Origin: Verrucomicrobiota bacterium
Lineage (GTDB): Bacteria; Verrucomicrobiota; Lentisphaeria; Lentisphaerales; Lentisphaeraceae
NCBI GenBank assembly: GCA_039798785.1
Contig: JBDKFG010000001.1
Span: 64,001 to 128,000 of the forward strand
Direction of reading: 5' to 3'
DNA length: 64,000 nucleotides
The stretch's first letter is position 1. Every line of letters starts with the position of its first letter. Position numbers and translations under genes: made by a program. Under the pieces are notes generated by a model, which saw only the letters and a program-made list of their open reading frames with translations, made no database searches and had not been told where the DNA came from. Shown here one piece after another: positions 41,660 to 51,866 of this stretch.

Positions 41660-42550
41660 TCAGCGCCATTTCAATTCGAGTCTGCGGCAGCTGCCCGGAC
41701 TGGTGACGTAGAGGACCGAAGGGATGTCGTCGCCAAAGCACAGATTGGTGGCACCCCCGGCTATCGGGAGACGGCAGATTTCGGCACCGCTGGCCCAGCG
41801 CAATGTGAGCCCGCCCTTTTCGGCGATGTAGACTCGGCCGCGACGGTCGACCCGCAGGCCGTCGGCATTCTCCACCGTGCAGAAGAAGCGGCCGCGACCG
41901 AGGCTTCCGTCAGGGTAGAGCTCGTAGCTCAGGATCCGCCCCCTTCCGCTGTCGATGACATAGAGAATTTTGCCGCCGGGAGCGAATGCGAGGCCGTTGG
42001 GGAGTTGCATCTCCTCTCCTGTCTCGCGGCGCAGATCGCTGCCGTCGGAGAGACAGCTGAAGACGGAATTCCTTTCCTGCTCTTTCAGTTCCGGGCGCCC
42101 CCGGATGCCGAAGGTCGGATCGCTGAAATAGAGGCGGCCGGCGGGGCTGAAGCACAGGTCGTTGGGGGAGTTGAGTCGGCGGCCCTGTTTATCCTTCGCA
42201 GCGAGGATCTTTAGGGAACGCCCCTCGAAATCGGTCCAGACGATGCGTCTGGCGCCCTCTTCGCAAGCTGCGACACCGCCGTCGGGGGAAAGAGCATGGC
42301 CGTTGGCGAGCCCTTCGCTCTCCCGCCAGGTTTGAAGACCTTGCGCGGGCGACCAGGAAAGCACCCGTTTCGCCGGGATGTCGGCGAAGATCAGCCGTCC
42401 ATCAGGAAGCAGGCAGGGACCTTCGCCCCATTTCAGACCCTCGGCCAGGATCTCTTCGCGGCATATTTCCGGCATGGGTTCGGCATGGAAAGGGGCGCAG
42501 GAAGCAAAATAACCGGCGATGACGGTAAATACGAAGTGAGAAAGGCGCAT
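41660..42550 (-). CDS. SMP-30/gluconolactonase family lipoprotein
   Basis: FASC lipobox, EGP, NSPND, PNG, DGL.VD, TNLCFG. Confidence 0.88.
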   Translation of the reverse strand: MRLSHFVFTVIAGYFASCAPFHAEPMPEICREEILAEGLKWGEGPCLLPDGRLIFADIPAKRVLSWSPAQGLQTWRESEGLANGHALSPDGGVAACEEGARRIVWTDFEGRSLKILAAKDKQGRRLNSPNDLCFSPAGRLYFSDPTFGIRGRPELKEQERNSVFSCLSDGSDLRRETGEEMQLPNGLAFAPGGKILYVIDSGRGRILSYELYPDGSLGRGRFFCTVENADGLRVDRRGRVYIAEKGGLTLRWASGAEICRLPIAGGATNLCFGDDIPSVLYVTSPGSCRRLELKWR

Positions 42551-42709
42551 GGCAAATGGCTCCTCTTGAAAGTGGCATTCAGGCTTCGACAGCGCCGGAG
42601 CACTTAAGTTCGCGCTTGCCGCTAATTTGGCGCAGACTCTCCAGTTCCAGTTTCCAGTCGGTCCTAAATTATTCAATCTGTGCAAGTCTCGAGATTCCCG
42701 TATCCTCAT

Positions 42710-42859
42710 GCCCCGGAGGGGCGTCCAGAGGTCATCCGCGTCAATCACGCGCAGTCCCCTCGTTCGATGGGGCTCCGGTCGATTATCTTCCTTACCCAGG
42801 GTTTGCGACTCGTGCCTCGCGCTACACCTTGGGCTGACATCCGGCCGCCCCTCCAGGGC
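42710..42859. repeat. REP/REPIN-like 150-bp element
   Basis: 28-nt imperfect inverted ends (23/28) and internal CCCAGGGT..ACCTTGGG hairpin. Confidence 0.7.
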
Positions 42860-43097
42860 GCAATCAGACTTGCATAGGTCGAAATTATTTGTCTTATATG
42901 CTTTTTTCATGCCCGGGCACTCGTCGTCCAAGCGTGCTTGGGGTGGCAACTCCGTCGGGATAAGCGCCGGCGCAATGGTGATTCCGGTTCCGCGCAATCA
43001 GACAGGCTCCGGCCGGTTTTTTTCGTTCCTCTCCGGTGCAGCAGTGGCTATGGCATCTAAGGTGTGAGGATTCGCAACCATGAAGTCGAGGTCTCTC

Positions 43098-44375
43098 ATG
43101 TCCGTTTTCGAAATTGAAGGTGGAGTTCCCCTGCGCGGCACGGTCCGCGCCTCCGGCAACAAGAACGCCATTCTGCCGATGATCGCGGCCTGTCTGCTTA
43201 CCGATCAGGAGGTCGTCCTGGACAATGTGCCTGACATTGTCGACGTCCGGCACATGTTGGACGTTGTGATCGAGCTGGGCGGCAAGGTGGAGCGTTGCGG
43301 CGAGCGTCTCAGCATTCACGCTGCTTCCTTGAGCAAGAGCGAGATCAGCCGCGAGCTGTGCAACAAGGTGCGGACTTCGATCATGTTCGTCGCGCCGCTG
43401 CTGCACCGACTCGGCAAGGCGACGCTTTATCCTCCTGGCGGCGATGTCATCGGCCGCCGACGGCTCGATACCCACTATTATGGCCTGACCAAGCTAGGCG
43501 CCGAGGTCAAGCTGCACGCCAGCTATGATTTCGCGGTGCGTGGCGGACTGAAGGGTTCGGACATGTTCTTCGACGAGGCTTCGGTCACCGGTACCGAGCA
43601 CATCATGATGGCTGCGGCAATTGCCGAGGGGACCTCGATCATCCGCAACGCCGCTTGCGAGCCGCATGTCCAGGATCTGGCTCATCTGCTCAACAAGATG
43701 GGAGCGAAGATCTCCGGCATCGGCACCAATCAGCTGACGATCGAGGGCGCCCCTTCACTCAGAGGCGCGAGCCATCGCGTCTGCCATGACCATATCGAAG
43801 CCGCATCGTTCCTCGCCCTTGCGGCCGCCAGCGGCGGCGAGATCACCGTAGAGGGCACCGAGAAGCACGCCTATTGGATGACCCGCCGCGTCTTCGAGAC
43901 TCTCGGTGTCGATCTGGAGCTGCGCCACGACTCGATCTTCCTCTCGGCCAACCAGAAGCTCAAGGTGAACTCCGACTTCGACGGCTCGCTGCCGGTGATC
44001 GGCGACGGCCCCTGGCCGCAGTTCGCCTCCGACAAGATGAGCTGCATGATCACCCTCGCGACCCAGGTCCAGGGTTCCTGTCTCTTCTTCGAGAAGATGT
44101 TCGAATCGCGACTCTATTTCGTCGACCGCCTGATCGCGATGGGCGCCAACGCCGTCGTCTGCGACCCGCACCGCGTCGTCATCAGCGGCCGTTCGCGGCT
44201 GCGGGCCACCACCTTGCCATCGCCCGACATCCGCGCCGGCATGGCCCTGCTTGGCGCCGCGCTCTGTGCCACCGGTACCTCGCGGGTCCAGAATGCTGAG
44301 ATGATCGACCGCGGCTATGAGAAGGTCGAGCAGAAACTCCTCGCCCTTGGCGCGCGGATCAAGCGGATCAATTGA
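43098..44375 (+). CDS. murA: UDP-N-acetylglucosamine enolpyruvyl transferase
   Basis: GNKNAILP, PGGDVIGRR, SVTGTE, FESR, DIRAG, IDRGYE. Confidence 0.95.
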   Translation: MSVFEIEGGVPLRGTVRASGNKNAILPMIAACLLTDQEVVLDNVPDIVDVRHMLDVVIELGGKVERCGERLSIHAASLSKSEISRELCNKVRTSIMFVAPLLHRLGKATLYPPGGDVIGRRRLDTHYYGLTKLGAEVKLHASYDFAVRGGLKGSDMFFDEASVTGTEHIMMAAAIAEGTSIIRNAACEPHVQDLAHLLNKMGAKISGIGTNQLTIEGAPSLRGASHRVCHDHIEAASFLALAAASGGEITVEGTEKHAYWMTRRVFETLGVDLELRHDSIFLSANQKLKVNSDFDGSLPVIGDGPWPQFASDKMSCMITLATQVQGSCLFFEKMFESRLYFVDRLIAMGANAVVCDPHRVVISGRSRLRATTLPSPDIRAGMALLGAALCATGTSRVQNAEMIDRGYEKVEQKLLALGARIKRIN

Positions 44376-44389
44376 GACCGCAGGAACCG

Positions 44390-44498
44390 GGTTGATAAGG
44401 TTGAAAGCCGAGCTGCTGAGCCCTGACTCAGATTCCGTTCGAATCTCCCTGCTGCTCTCCTCTCAACCTCACAACCTTTCAACTCAACCTCTCAACCT
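44390..44498. repeat. Inverted octamer micro-repeats
   Basis: GGTTGATA AGGTTGAAAG facing about five TCAACCT-like units. Confidence 0.6.
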
Positions 44499-44509
44499 TG
44501 AGGCCCAGC

Positions 44510-44989
44510 TTGGAACTCCAAGAAAAACGCAAGGCGGTTTTCATTCGCGCCCTCATCGTCAGCATCTTCGTCGTCGCCATCGTGGCCGCAGCCTTGGTGT
44601 CGTGGATTCTGATGAGGCATTCGAAGTCGCTCGACGAGAAGTTTGTCGCACGTCAGGGACCGAGCAGCGACCTGAAAGCGGATCTTGCAGCGATGTGGAA
44701 GCTGGCGCCCAATCCTTCGGTGTTGGAGAAGACGCAGGTCTCTCCGGCCTCTGCCGCGAATGCCGCGGGAAGGGTGATGAAGAGCCTCGAGTCCGAATTG
44801 CTCGGCAAGACTCTTGACGAGGTCAAGGAGCGGCTCGGCTTTCCTGAGGGATGGAGCACTGCGACCTGTCCTCGTCCTTTCCACAACGGCATGCTGACTT
44901 TTGACAACGGCCGCTACGGACTCACCTTCGTCTTCGTCCTCGGAGCCGAGCGGCGCGTCACCAAGATCATTCCAAGCGTCCAGAACTGA
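44510..44989 (+). CDS. Hypothetical membrane-anchored protein
   Basis: Single N-terminal TM helix; TTG start after GAGG (uncertain). Confidence 0.65.
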   Translation: MELQEKRKAVFIRALIVSIFVVAIVAAALVSWILMRHSKSLDEKFVARQGPSSDLKADLAAMWKLAPNPSVLEKTQVSPASAANAAGRVMKSLESELLGKTLDEVKERLGFPEGWSTATCPRPFHNGMLTFDNGRYGLTFVFVLGAERRVTKIIPSVQN

Positions 44990-45002
44990 GGGGGGGGCGA
45001 TC

Positions 45003-45596
45003 ATGGCCGACGAACTTAGCGATTCCGACATCGTCGCCGCTTGCAAGGAGGGGCGAGAGGACTTGTATCCCAAGTTGATCGAGCGGCACTGGGCGAAGGC
45101 CTTCCAGATCGCCTATGGCATCCTCCAGGACCGGCAGGACGCTGAGGAGGTGGTCCAGGATTCCTTCATCAAGATGTACCGGGTCCTGCAGTCCTTCCGT
45201 GGCGACGCCATGTTCACCACCTGGATGTTCCGCATCGTCACCAATTACGCCAAGAACAAATACCGATGGAACCGTTGCCGGGGCTCCAAGGTGAATGTCT
45301 CGATCAACGCCGGCATCGAGGGCAAGGACGGCAGCACTCTGGTGCCTGAGCTGCCGGGAAGTGACGAGGGGCCAGGCGCGACGTCGAGCATGCGCGAGCT
45401 GGAGGAGGGGGTTTGGCGGCATCTCGAGAAGATCACGCCTCTCTACCGCGAGGTGCTGATCATGCGCAACGTCGAGAACCGCAGCTATGAGGACATCGCC
45501 CAGATCCTCGATTGCAAGATCGGCACGGTGAAGTCGCGGATCGCTCGCGGCCGGGAGGAATTGCGGGAGCTCTTGGAGAAGAATCAGCTTCTGTGA
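45003..45596 (+). CDS. ECF sigma-70 factor
   Basis: DAEEVVQDSF, FTTWMFRI, SYEDIA..L....GTVKSRIARGR. Confidence 0.93.
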   Translation: MADELSDSDIVAACKEGREDLYPKLIERHWAKAFQIAYGILQDRQDAEEVVQDSFIKMYRVLQSFRGDAMFTTWMFRIVTNYAKNKYRWNRCRGSKVNVSINAGIEGKDGSTLVPELPGSDEGPGATSSMRELEEGVWRHLEKITPLYREVLIMRNVENRSYEDIAQILDCKIGTVKSRIARGREELRELLEKNQLL

Positions 45597-45663
45597 GGTT
45601 GGTAAAAGCGCCGAGGCGCGGAAGATTTTCCAGCCGCTCTCAAAACAAACCTGGAGTCCAGCC

Positions 45664-46380
45664 ATGTTCAAGATGACCGCCGCCGCCCTTTCGCTCGCCG
45701 CCTTCGCCGTTTTCGCCGAAGAGTCCAAGGCTCCCGCCGACGCCAAGCCCCTCGCAACCGATCCCCTCAAGAAGGAAAACAAGATGTCCATCGAAGAAGC
45801 CACCAAGCTCCTCTCCTACGCCAACGGCTTCATGATCGGCCAGCAAGCCAAGAGTCAGGGCCTCCCGGTCAACCTTGAGGCTTTCGCCGAAGGCCTGAAA
45901 GTCGCCACTGAAGGCGGCAAGATGCCTTACGAGCAGGAGCAGCTTGAAGCAGCCTATGCCATCTTGCAGAACGCCGCCAAGGCCAAGGCCGATGCCGCCA
46001 AGGCCGCGGTCGCCGGCGAACTCAAGGAGTTCCTCGCCAAGAAGGATCTGAAGAGCACCGATTCCGGCCTCAAGTACCAGGTCATCACCGAAGGCAAGGG
46101 TGACAGCCCGAAAGCCACCAGCCAAGTCAAAGTCCACTACACCGGCTGGCTCACCGACGGCACCAAGTTCGACTCCAGCGTCGACCGCGGCGAACCCGCC
46201 ACCTTCGGCCTCAACCAGGTCATCGCCGGCTGGACCGAAGGCGTCCAGCTGATGAAGCCCGGCTCCAAGTTCCGCTTCTTCATTCCCTGGAAGCTCGCCT
46301 ACGGCGAACAAGGCGGCGGCCCGATCCCTGGCAAATCCGACCTGATCTTCGATGTCGAACTCCTAGAAATCGTCAAGTAA
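45664..46380 (+). CDS. Exported FKBP-type PPIase (FkpA/Mip-like)
   Basis: Signal peptide, SYANG N-domain, VHYTG, FDSS, VIAGW, LIFDVELL. Confidence 0.93.
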   Translation: MFKMTAAALSLAAFAVFAEESKAPADAKPLATDPLKKENKMSIEEATKLLSYANGFMIGQQAKSQGLPVNLEAFAEGLKVATEGGKMPYEQEQLEAAYAILQNAAKAKADAAKAAVAGELKEFLAKKDLKSTDSGLKYQVITEGKGDSPKATSQVKVHYTGWLTDGTKFDSSVDRGEPATFGLNQVIAGWTEGVQLMKPGSKFRFFIPWKLAYGEQGGGPIPGKSDLIFDVELLEIVK

Positions 46381-46390
46381 GGTTGATGCC

Positions 46391-46732
46391 ATGGCTGAGA
46401 TCACCACAGCAAGCGGCTTGAAGATCGAGCACCTCGTCACAGGCGCCGGGCCCAGCCCGAAGGCCAACAGCGTCGTCGTCGTCCACTACACCGGCTGGCT
46501 CGCCGACGGCAGCAAGTTCGACTCCTCTCTCGATCGCGGCGCCCCGGCGGAATTCCCGCTCTCCGGCGTCATCAAGGGTTGGACCGAGGGCCTGCAGCTG
46601 ATGAAGCTTGGTGGCAAAGCCAAGCTCACGCTGCCTGCCAGCCTCGGCTACGGCGCCCGCGGCGCCGGTGGCCTGATCCCCCCCAACGCCACCTTGGTCT
46701 TCGAAGTCGAGCTCATCGACATCAAGGGCTGA
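46391..46732 (+). CDS. Short FKBP-type PPIase
   Basis: VHYTG, FDSS, VIKGW, IPPNATLVFEVEL. Confidence 0.93.
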   Translation: MAEITTASGLKIEHLVTGAGPSPKANSVVVVHYTGWLADGSKFDSSLDRGAPAEFPLSGVIKGWTEGLQLMKLGGKAKLTLPASLGYGARGAGGLIPPNATLVFEVELIDIKG

Positions 46733-46750
46733 GACCAGCACCAATCGAAA

Positions 46751-46789
46751 CGCCGCCGCTTCCTCCGGGATGCGGCGGCGCCTTTTTTT
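46751..46789 (+). terminator. Intrinsic terminator
   Basis: CGCCGCCGC..GCGGCGGCG followed by T7. Confidence 0.85.
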
Positions 46790-46814
46790 CGTCCCGGCAG
46801 AGCGGCCAAATTTC

Positions 46815-46842
46815 ACCACGAAAGACACGAAACACACGAAAG
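46815..46842. repeat. 9-nt tandem repeat
   Basis: ACCACGAAA GACACGAAA CACACGAAA. Confidence 0.75.
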
Positions 46843-46901
46843 GAGCTTTTTCTGGCGAGCTTCAGTCTGTACAAATGTGACGCCTGCATCAGAGCCTCCG
46901 T

Positions 46902-46997
46902 GACCCCCTGTGGGGTCCCATCTCATAACTCTTTCATTCCCAGGGTATCGCCGATGCGGCTCAACCCTGGGCTAAAATCCCCGACTCCTTTGGAGTC
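46902..46997. repeat. REP-like hairpin cluster
   Basis: GACCCC..GGGGTC, CCCAGGGT..ACCCTGGG, GACTCC-TTT-GGAGTC. Confidence 0.7.
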
Positions 46998-47042
46998 CAA
47001 CACAAATTGAGCTCAAAATACTTCAGATCTGGATTCACGATG

Positions 47043-48290
<1,248 letters not shown>

Positions 48291-49127
48291 TCAGCGGGCC
48301 TCCTGGGCGGCGGGATCGGCCTTGGGAGCGGCCTTGGGGCCAGGGGCCTGGCCTGAGGGGCAGAAGCTGATGAATAGGAAGAAGAGTAGGTAGCCGGCGA
48401 AGAGGAAGGTGGCGGCGCGGGCGAGGGCGCGCGGGCCGACCTGGCGGGAGTAGGAGAGTATGAAGAGGGATGTGTAGGCCATCCACATCACCAGGCCGGC
48501 GATGATTTTGGGATTGCCGATCTGCTCCCAGGGCTTGGGCATGATGAGGAGCGAGAGGAGGATGCCGGAGCTCATAGCGGCCCAACCGAGGTTGAAGCTC
48601 AGGTCGAGACTGGCATGGAGCTTTTCCAAGGGCGGCAGGGCGGCGTCGAGGGCGTTCGGACTGTGGGCTTTCAGGGCCCGCACCTTGCGGATGTAGAGGA
48701 TGCCGAGAGCGCAGGCGAGGGCGACGAGGGCGAAGCTGAGGATCACCAGGCCGACGTGGATGATGACCAGTGTCTTGTCGCCGGCGGGAGCCTTGAGCAG
48801 GCGTTCGTCGGCCAGTAGGGAGAAGAAGTGAAGGAGGAGAACTCCGGGCAGGAAGAAGGCGCCGAGAATGCGCGAGCGGGTGCGGAACTCGGCGAAGAAG
48901 TACACTGCCAGCATGATCCAGCAGGCGCTGCTGGTGGTGCTCGGCAGGGCGCCGTGCCTGATCAAGTCGCTGCCCATCTCCAGGCTCAGCAGCAGGAGGG
49001 CCGCGAGGCTGGCGAAGGTGCCGAAAATGAATCCGCTGCGGCCGCGGCGGGCGGCGTGCAGAGTGAAGCCGCTGACCCCGATGGTGAGGCAGAGGAAGAT
49101 CAGTACCGAGAGGATCTCGCGTGTCAT
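48291..49127 (-). CDS. CcsA/HemX-like cytochrome c assembly membrane protein
   Basis: Multi-TM, IHV, LPPLE.L, NPK; directly upstream of hemA. Confidence 0.8.
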   Translation of the reverse strand: MTREILSVLIFLCLTIGVSGFTLHAARRGRSGFIFGTFASLAALLLLSLEMGSDLIRHGALPSTTSSACWIMLAVYFFAEFRTRSRILGAFFLPGVLLLHFFSLLADERLLKAPAGDKTLVIIHVGLVILSFALVALACALGILYIRKVRALKAHSPNALDAALPPLEKLHASLDLSFNLGWAAMSSGILLSLLIMPKPWEQIGNPKIIAGLVMWMAYTSLFILSYSRQVGPRALARAATFLFAGYLLFFLFISFCPSGQAPGPKAAPKADPAAQEAR

Positions 49128-49267
49128 GGTGCAGTTTTTCCGCTAGCGTTGAATCCCATAGTCGACATGATTCCCTGCAAGATGCAAACCGAAAATCGCG
49201 GCGCGGGTGCAATTCCGGGCTGACATGTCATCTTGCCGGCGTTCAAACAACGTGACGGAGAAGATTC

Positions 49268-49873
49268 ATGGCCGCTAGCTATCTGACCAGCCTCGGCGAC
49301 AAGGCGCAGCTCGAGGAGCTGATTGTTGACGGCAAACTCGCCGGACGCAGCGAGCCGCGCGTCCTCGTCGTCGGCCGCTCGAACGTCGGCAAGAGTTCGC
49401 TGATCAACGCCCTGGTGCGCGACGAGATCGCCCACGTGTCGAAGCAGCCGGGCAAGACCCGCAAGCTCAATTTCTTCCTCGCACCCAGTCTCCGCAAGGT
49501 GATTGTCGACCTCCCGGGCTACGGTTTCGCCAAGCGCTCGCCAGCGGAGATCCAGCTCTGGGCCGACCTGATTCAGTCCTACTCCGAACGCGACCCCAAC
49601 ATCGGCATGGCGATCGTCCTCACCGACAGCCGCCACGGACCGACCGAGCAGGACCTCGAAGCCTGGGCTTATTTCCACTCGCTTCATCTTCCTCGCATCC
49701 TGGTCCTGACCAAGTCGGACGAGCTGAACCAGAAGGAGCGCTTCGCCCGCAAGAAGGAGATCGAGGCGATGCTCGCCCAGATGCCAGGAGCCTTCCTCTC
49801 GGTGCACTGGGTTTCCGCCAAGAAGGGAGACGGCATGCTGGACCTCTTCAAATGCGTCAAGGAATGGCTTTGA
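49268..49873 (+). CDS. engB: Ribosome biogenesis GTPase YihA/YsxC
   Basis: GRSNVGKSSLIN, PGKT, DLPGYG, TKSD. Confidence 0.93.
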   Translation: MAASYLTSLGDKAQLEELIVDGKLAGRSEPRVLVVGRSNVGKSSLINALVRDEIAHVSKQPGKTRKLNFFLAPSLRKVIVDLPGYGFAKRSPAEIQLWADLIQSYSERDPNIGMAIVLTDSRHGPTEQDLEAWAYFHSLHLPRILVLTKSDELNQKERFARKKEIEAMLAQMPGAFLSVHWVSAKKGDGMLDLFKCVKEWL

Positions 49874-49878
49874 TCCTG

Positions 49879-49955
49879 GATTCAAGATTCAAGATTCAAG
49901 ATTTATGGCGCTGAACGCTGCAGCCCCGGCAGGAATGCCGGGGCTGCAGCGTTCA
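49879..49955. repeat. GATTCAA x3 followed by a perfect 20-bp hairpin (REP-like or terminator)
   Basis: TGAACGCTGCAGCCCCGGCA-GGAA-TGCCGGGGCTGCAGCGTTCA at 49912-49955. Confidence 0.75.
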
Positions 49956-49969
49956 CAGAAGCTCAGGAT

Positions 49970-50983
49970 TCAGTTCTGCACCGGCTTGAGGAAGGTGATG
50001 CGGCCGGTGAGGTTCCAGTCCTGGACGATGATGTTGCCGTCGCGGTCGAAGAGGACGCCGTGGGGCGAGCCGAAGACGCCTTCGGGAATGTCGGCGGGGG
50101 CGACGTTGTTGGTCGCCCACTGCTTGCGATTGGGGTTGTCGCCGAGGATGGAGACGACCTTGTTGTCCTTGTCGAGGATGACGACACGGGATTCGAGCTC
50201 GGCGACGGCGACCAGGTCGCCGCGGATCGAAACGGCGCAGGGGCGGCGCAGGTTCTCGGTGAGCACCTTGAGGAACTTCCCATCGAGGTCGAAGTGGCTG
50301 AGGCGGCGGTTTTCGCGGTCGCAGACAAGGAGCTTCTCGACGCCGTCGCGCTTATCGATGGCAAGGCCGTGGCAGGTCTGGGTCTTGCCCTCCTCTCTGC
50401 CGCGGCCGGAGAAGGTCTTGAGCAGCTTGCCGGCGGAGTCGAGCTTGAAGATGCGGGAGCTGCCGTAGCCGTCGGCAGCGAAGATCGAGCCGTTTGAACT
50501 CACCGCCACGGCGGTCGGGTTCCAGTTGCCGTCGGGAGCGCCGATGGTGAGGAGGATCTTGCCTTCCAGGTCGAATTTGACGATGCGCTTCTTGCTCAGC
50601 TGGGCGGCGTAGATCACTTCGGTGCCGTTCTCCTCGCATAAAACCATGCCGTGAATGCCGGCGAGCTCCTTGCCGAGGGTCTTGAGGCACTTGCCGGCCT
50701 TGTCGAAGACGAGCATCCCGACGGCTTCGGCGTCGGAAGAGACATAATATTGGCCGGCCTTGTCCTGGACGATTGAGCCGTGCAGAGGGCCGAACTGCTT
50801 GACGCCTTCGGGAAGCTGGGCCCAGCCGGGGACGGTGGTGAAAAGCAGTTTGTCCTGGCCAGTGGTTACTGCGACGCTGGCGGCGGCGGCCTGGCCGGGA
50901 GCGGCGTGAACGGGGCTGTCGTCGTGGGCGATGGCGCTGTGGGAGAGACCGGCGGCGAGGAAGAGTGCTGCGAAGGACTTCAT
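49970..50983 (-). CDS. Secreted NHL-repeat beta-propeller protein
   Basis: Signal peptide, PTAVAV, ADGYG, CHG, DREN, PHG. Confidence 0.82.
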   Translation of the reverse strand: MKSFAALFLAAGLSHSAIAHDDSPVHAAPGQAAAASVAVTTGQDKLLFTTVPGWAQLPEGVKQFGPLHGSIVQDKAGQYYVSSDAEAVGMLVFDKAGKCLKTLGKELAGIHGMVLCEENGTEVIYAAQLSKKRIVKFDLEGKILLTIGAPDGNWNPTAVAVSSNGSIFAADGYGSSRIFKLDSAGKLLKTFSGRGREEGKTQTCHGLAIDKRDGVEKLLVCDRENRRLSHFDLDGKFLKVLTENLRRPCAVSIRGDLVAVAELESRVVILDKDNKVVSILGDNPNRKQWATNNVAPADIPEGVFGSPHGVLFDRDGNIIVQDWNLTGRITFLKPVQN

Positions 50984-51146
50984 GAGGAGACTCCTGAGAG
51001 GTTGTTGTCGGATCTTGACCGGGATAAGATGACGCGCATCGGCGAAAGTTCCGCTGCTTTCATTGGTGAAATCGCTTTTTTTAACTTGCCATCGATCCGT
51101 GATTGAGTCTAGACTGGAAGAGGGCAGCCCCGATAAGGAGAGCGAG

Positions 51147-51857
51147 ATGAAAGCGAAGAAAATACACAAGACCTTGGCGATCGATATCGGCGGCACTGGT
51201 CTGAAGGCCTGTCTGCTGGACGAGGAAGGCGAGATGATGACTGAGAAGGTGCGACTTGACACGCCGGAGGACTGTCCGCCTGCGGAGATGCTGAAGCTTC
51301 TGGCAGAGCTGGTCAAGCCTCTGGGAGTATTTGACCGGGTGTCGCTCGGCTTTCCCGGAGTGGTGCGGGGCGGCCGCATTCTCAGCGCCGCCAATCTAGG
51401 CGAGAAGCCTTGGCTGGGCTTCGAGCTGGGGGCAGCCTTGGAATCAGCACTGGGCAAGCCGGTGAAGGTGATGAACGACGCCGACGTGCAGGGACTCGGG
51501 GCGATCAGCGGCAAAGGCGTCGAGATGGTGATCACCCTCGGCACTGGCTTCGGCTCCAGTCTTTTCGAGGACGGCCGTCTTTGTGCTCATCTCGAGCTCG
51601 CCCACCATCCCTTCCGCAAGGGCGAGACCTACGAGCAGCAGCTCGGCAAGCTGGCGCTGAAAGCCGTCGGCGAATCCCGTTGGAACCGCCGGGTCGAGAA
51701 GGCCATCGGCACCCTCCGGGGCCTGACTTATTTCGACCGTCTGTACATCGGCGGCGGCAACGCCAAGAAGATCAGCTTCAAGCTGCCTCCCGATGTCAGC
51801 TTGGTTTCCAACGAGCTCGGCATGCGCGGCGGCATCTGGCTGTGGAAGTCGCGTTGA
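51147..51857 (+). CDS. ROK family kinase (polyphosphate glucokinase-like)
   Basis: DIGGT, GFPG, NDAD, TLGTGFG, ELAH. Confidence 0.88.
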   Translation: MKAKKIHKTLAIDIGGTGLKACLLDEEGEMMTEKVRLDTPEDCPPAEMLKLLAELVKPLGVFDRVSLGFPGVVRGGRILSAANLGEKPWLGFELGAALESALGKPVKVMNDADVQGLGAISGKGVEMVITLGTGFGSSLFEDGRLCAHLELAHHPFRKGETYEQQLGKLALKAVGESRWNRRVEKAIGTLRGLTYFDRLYIGGGNAKKISFKLPPDVSLVSNELGMRGGIWLWKSR

Positions 51858-51866
51858 TCTGAGCCG

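Noticed and set aside
49970..51544. 524-aa ORF as one protein; likewise the 5' extension of 41660-42997
   Set aside because: Extensions overlap the ROK gene or repeat DNA; signal peptides begin at 50983 and 42550
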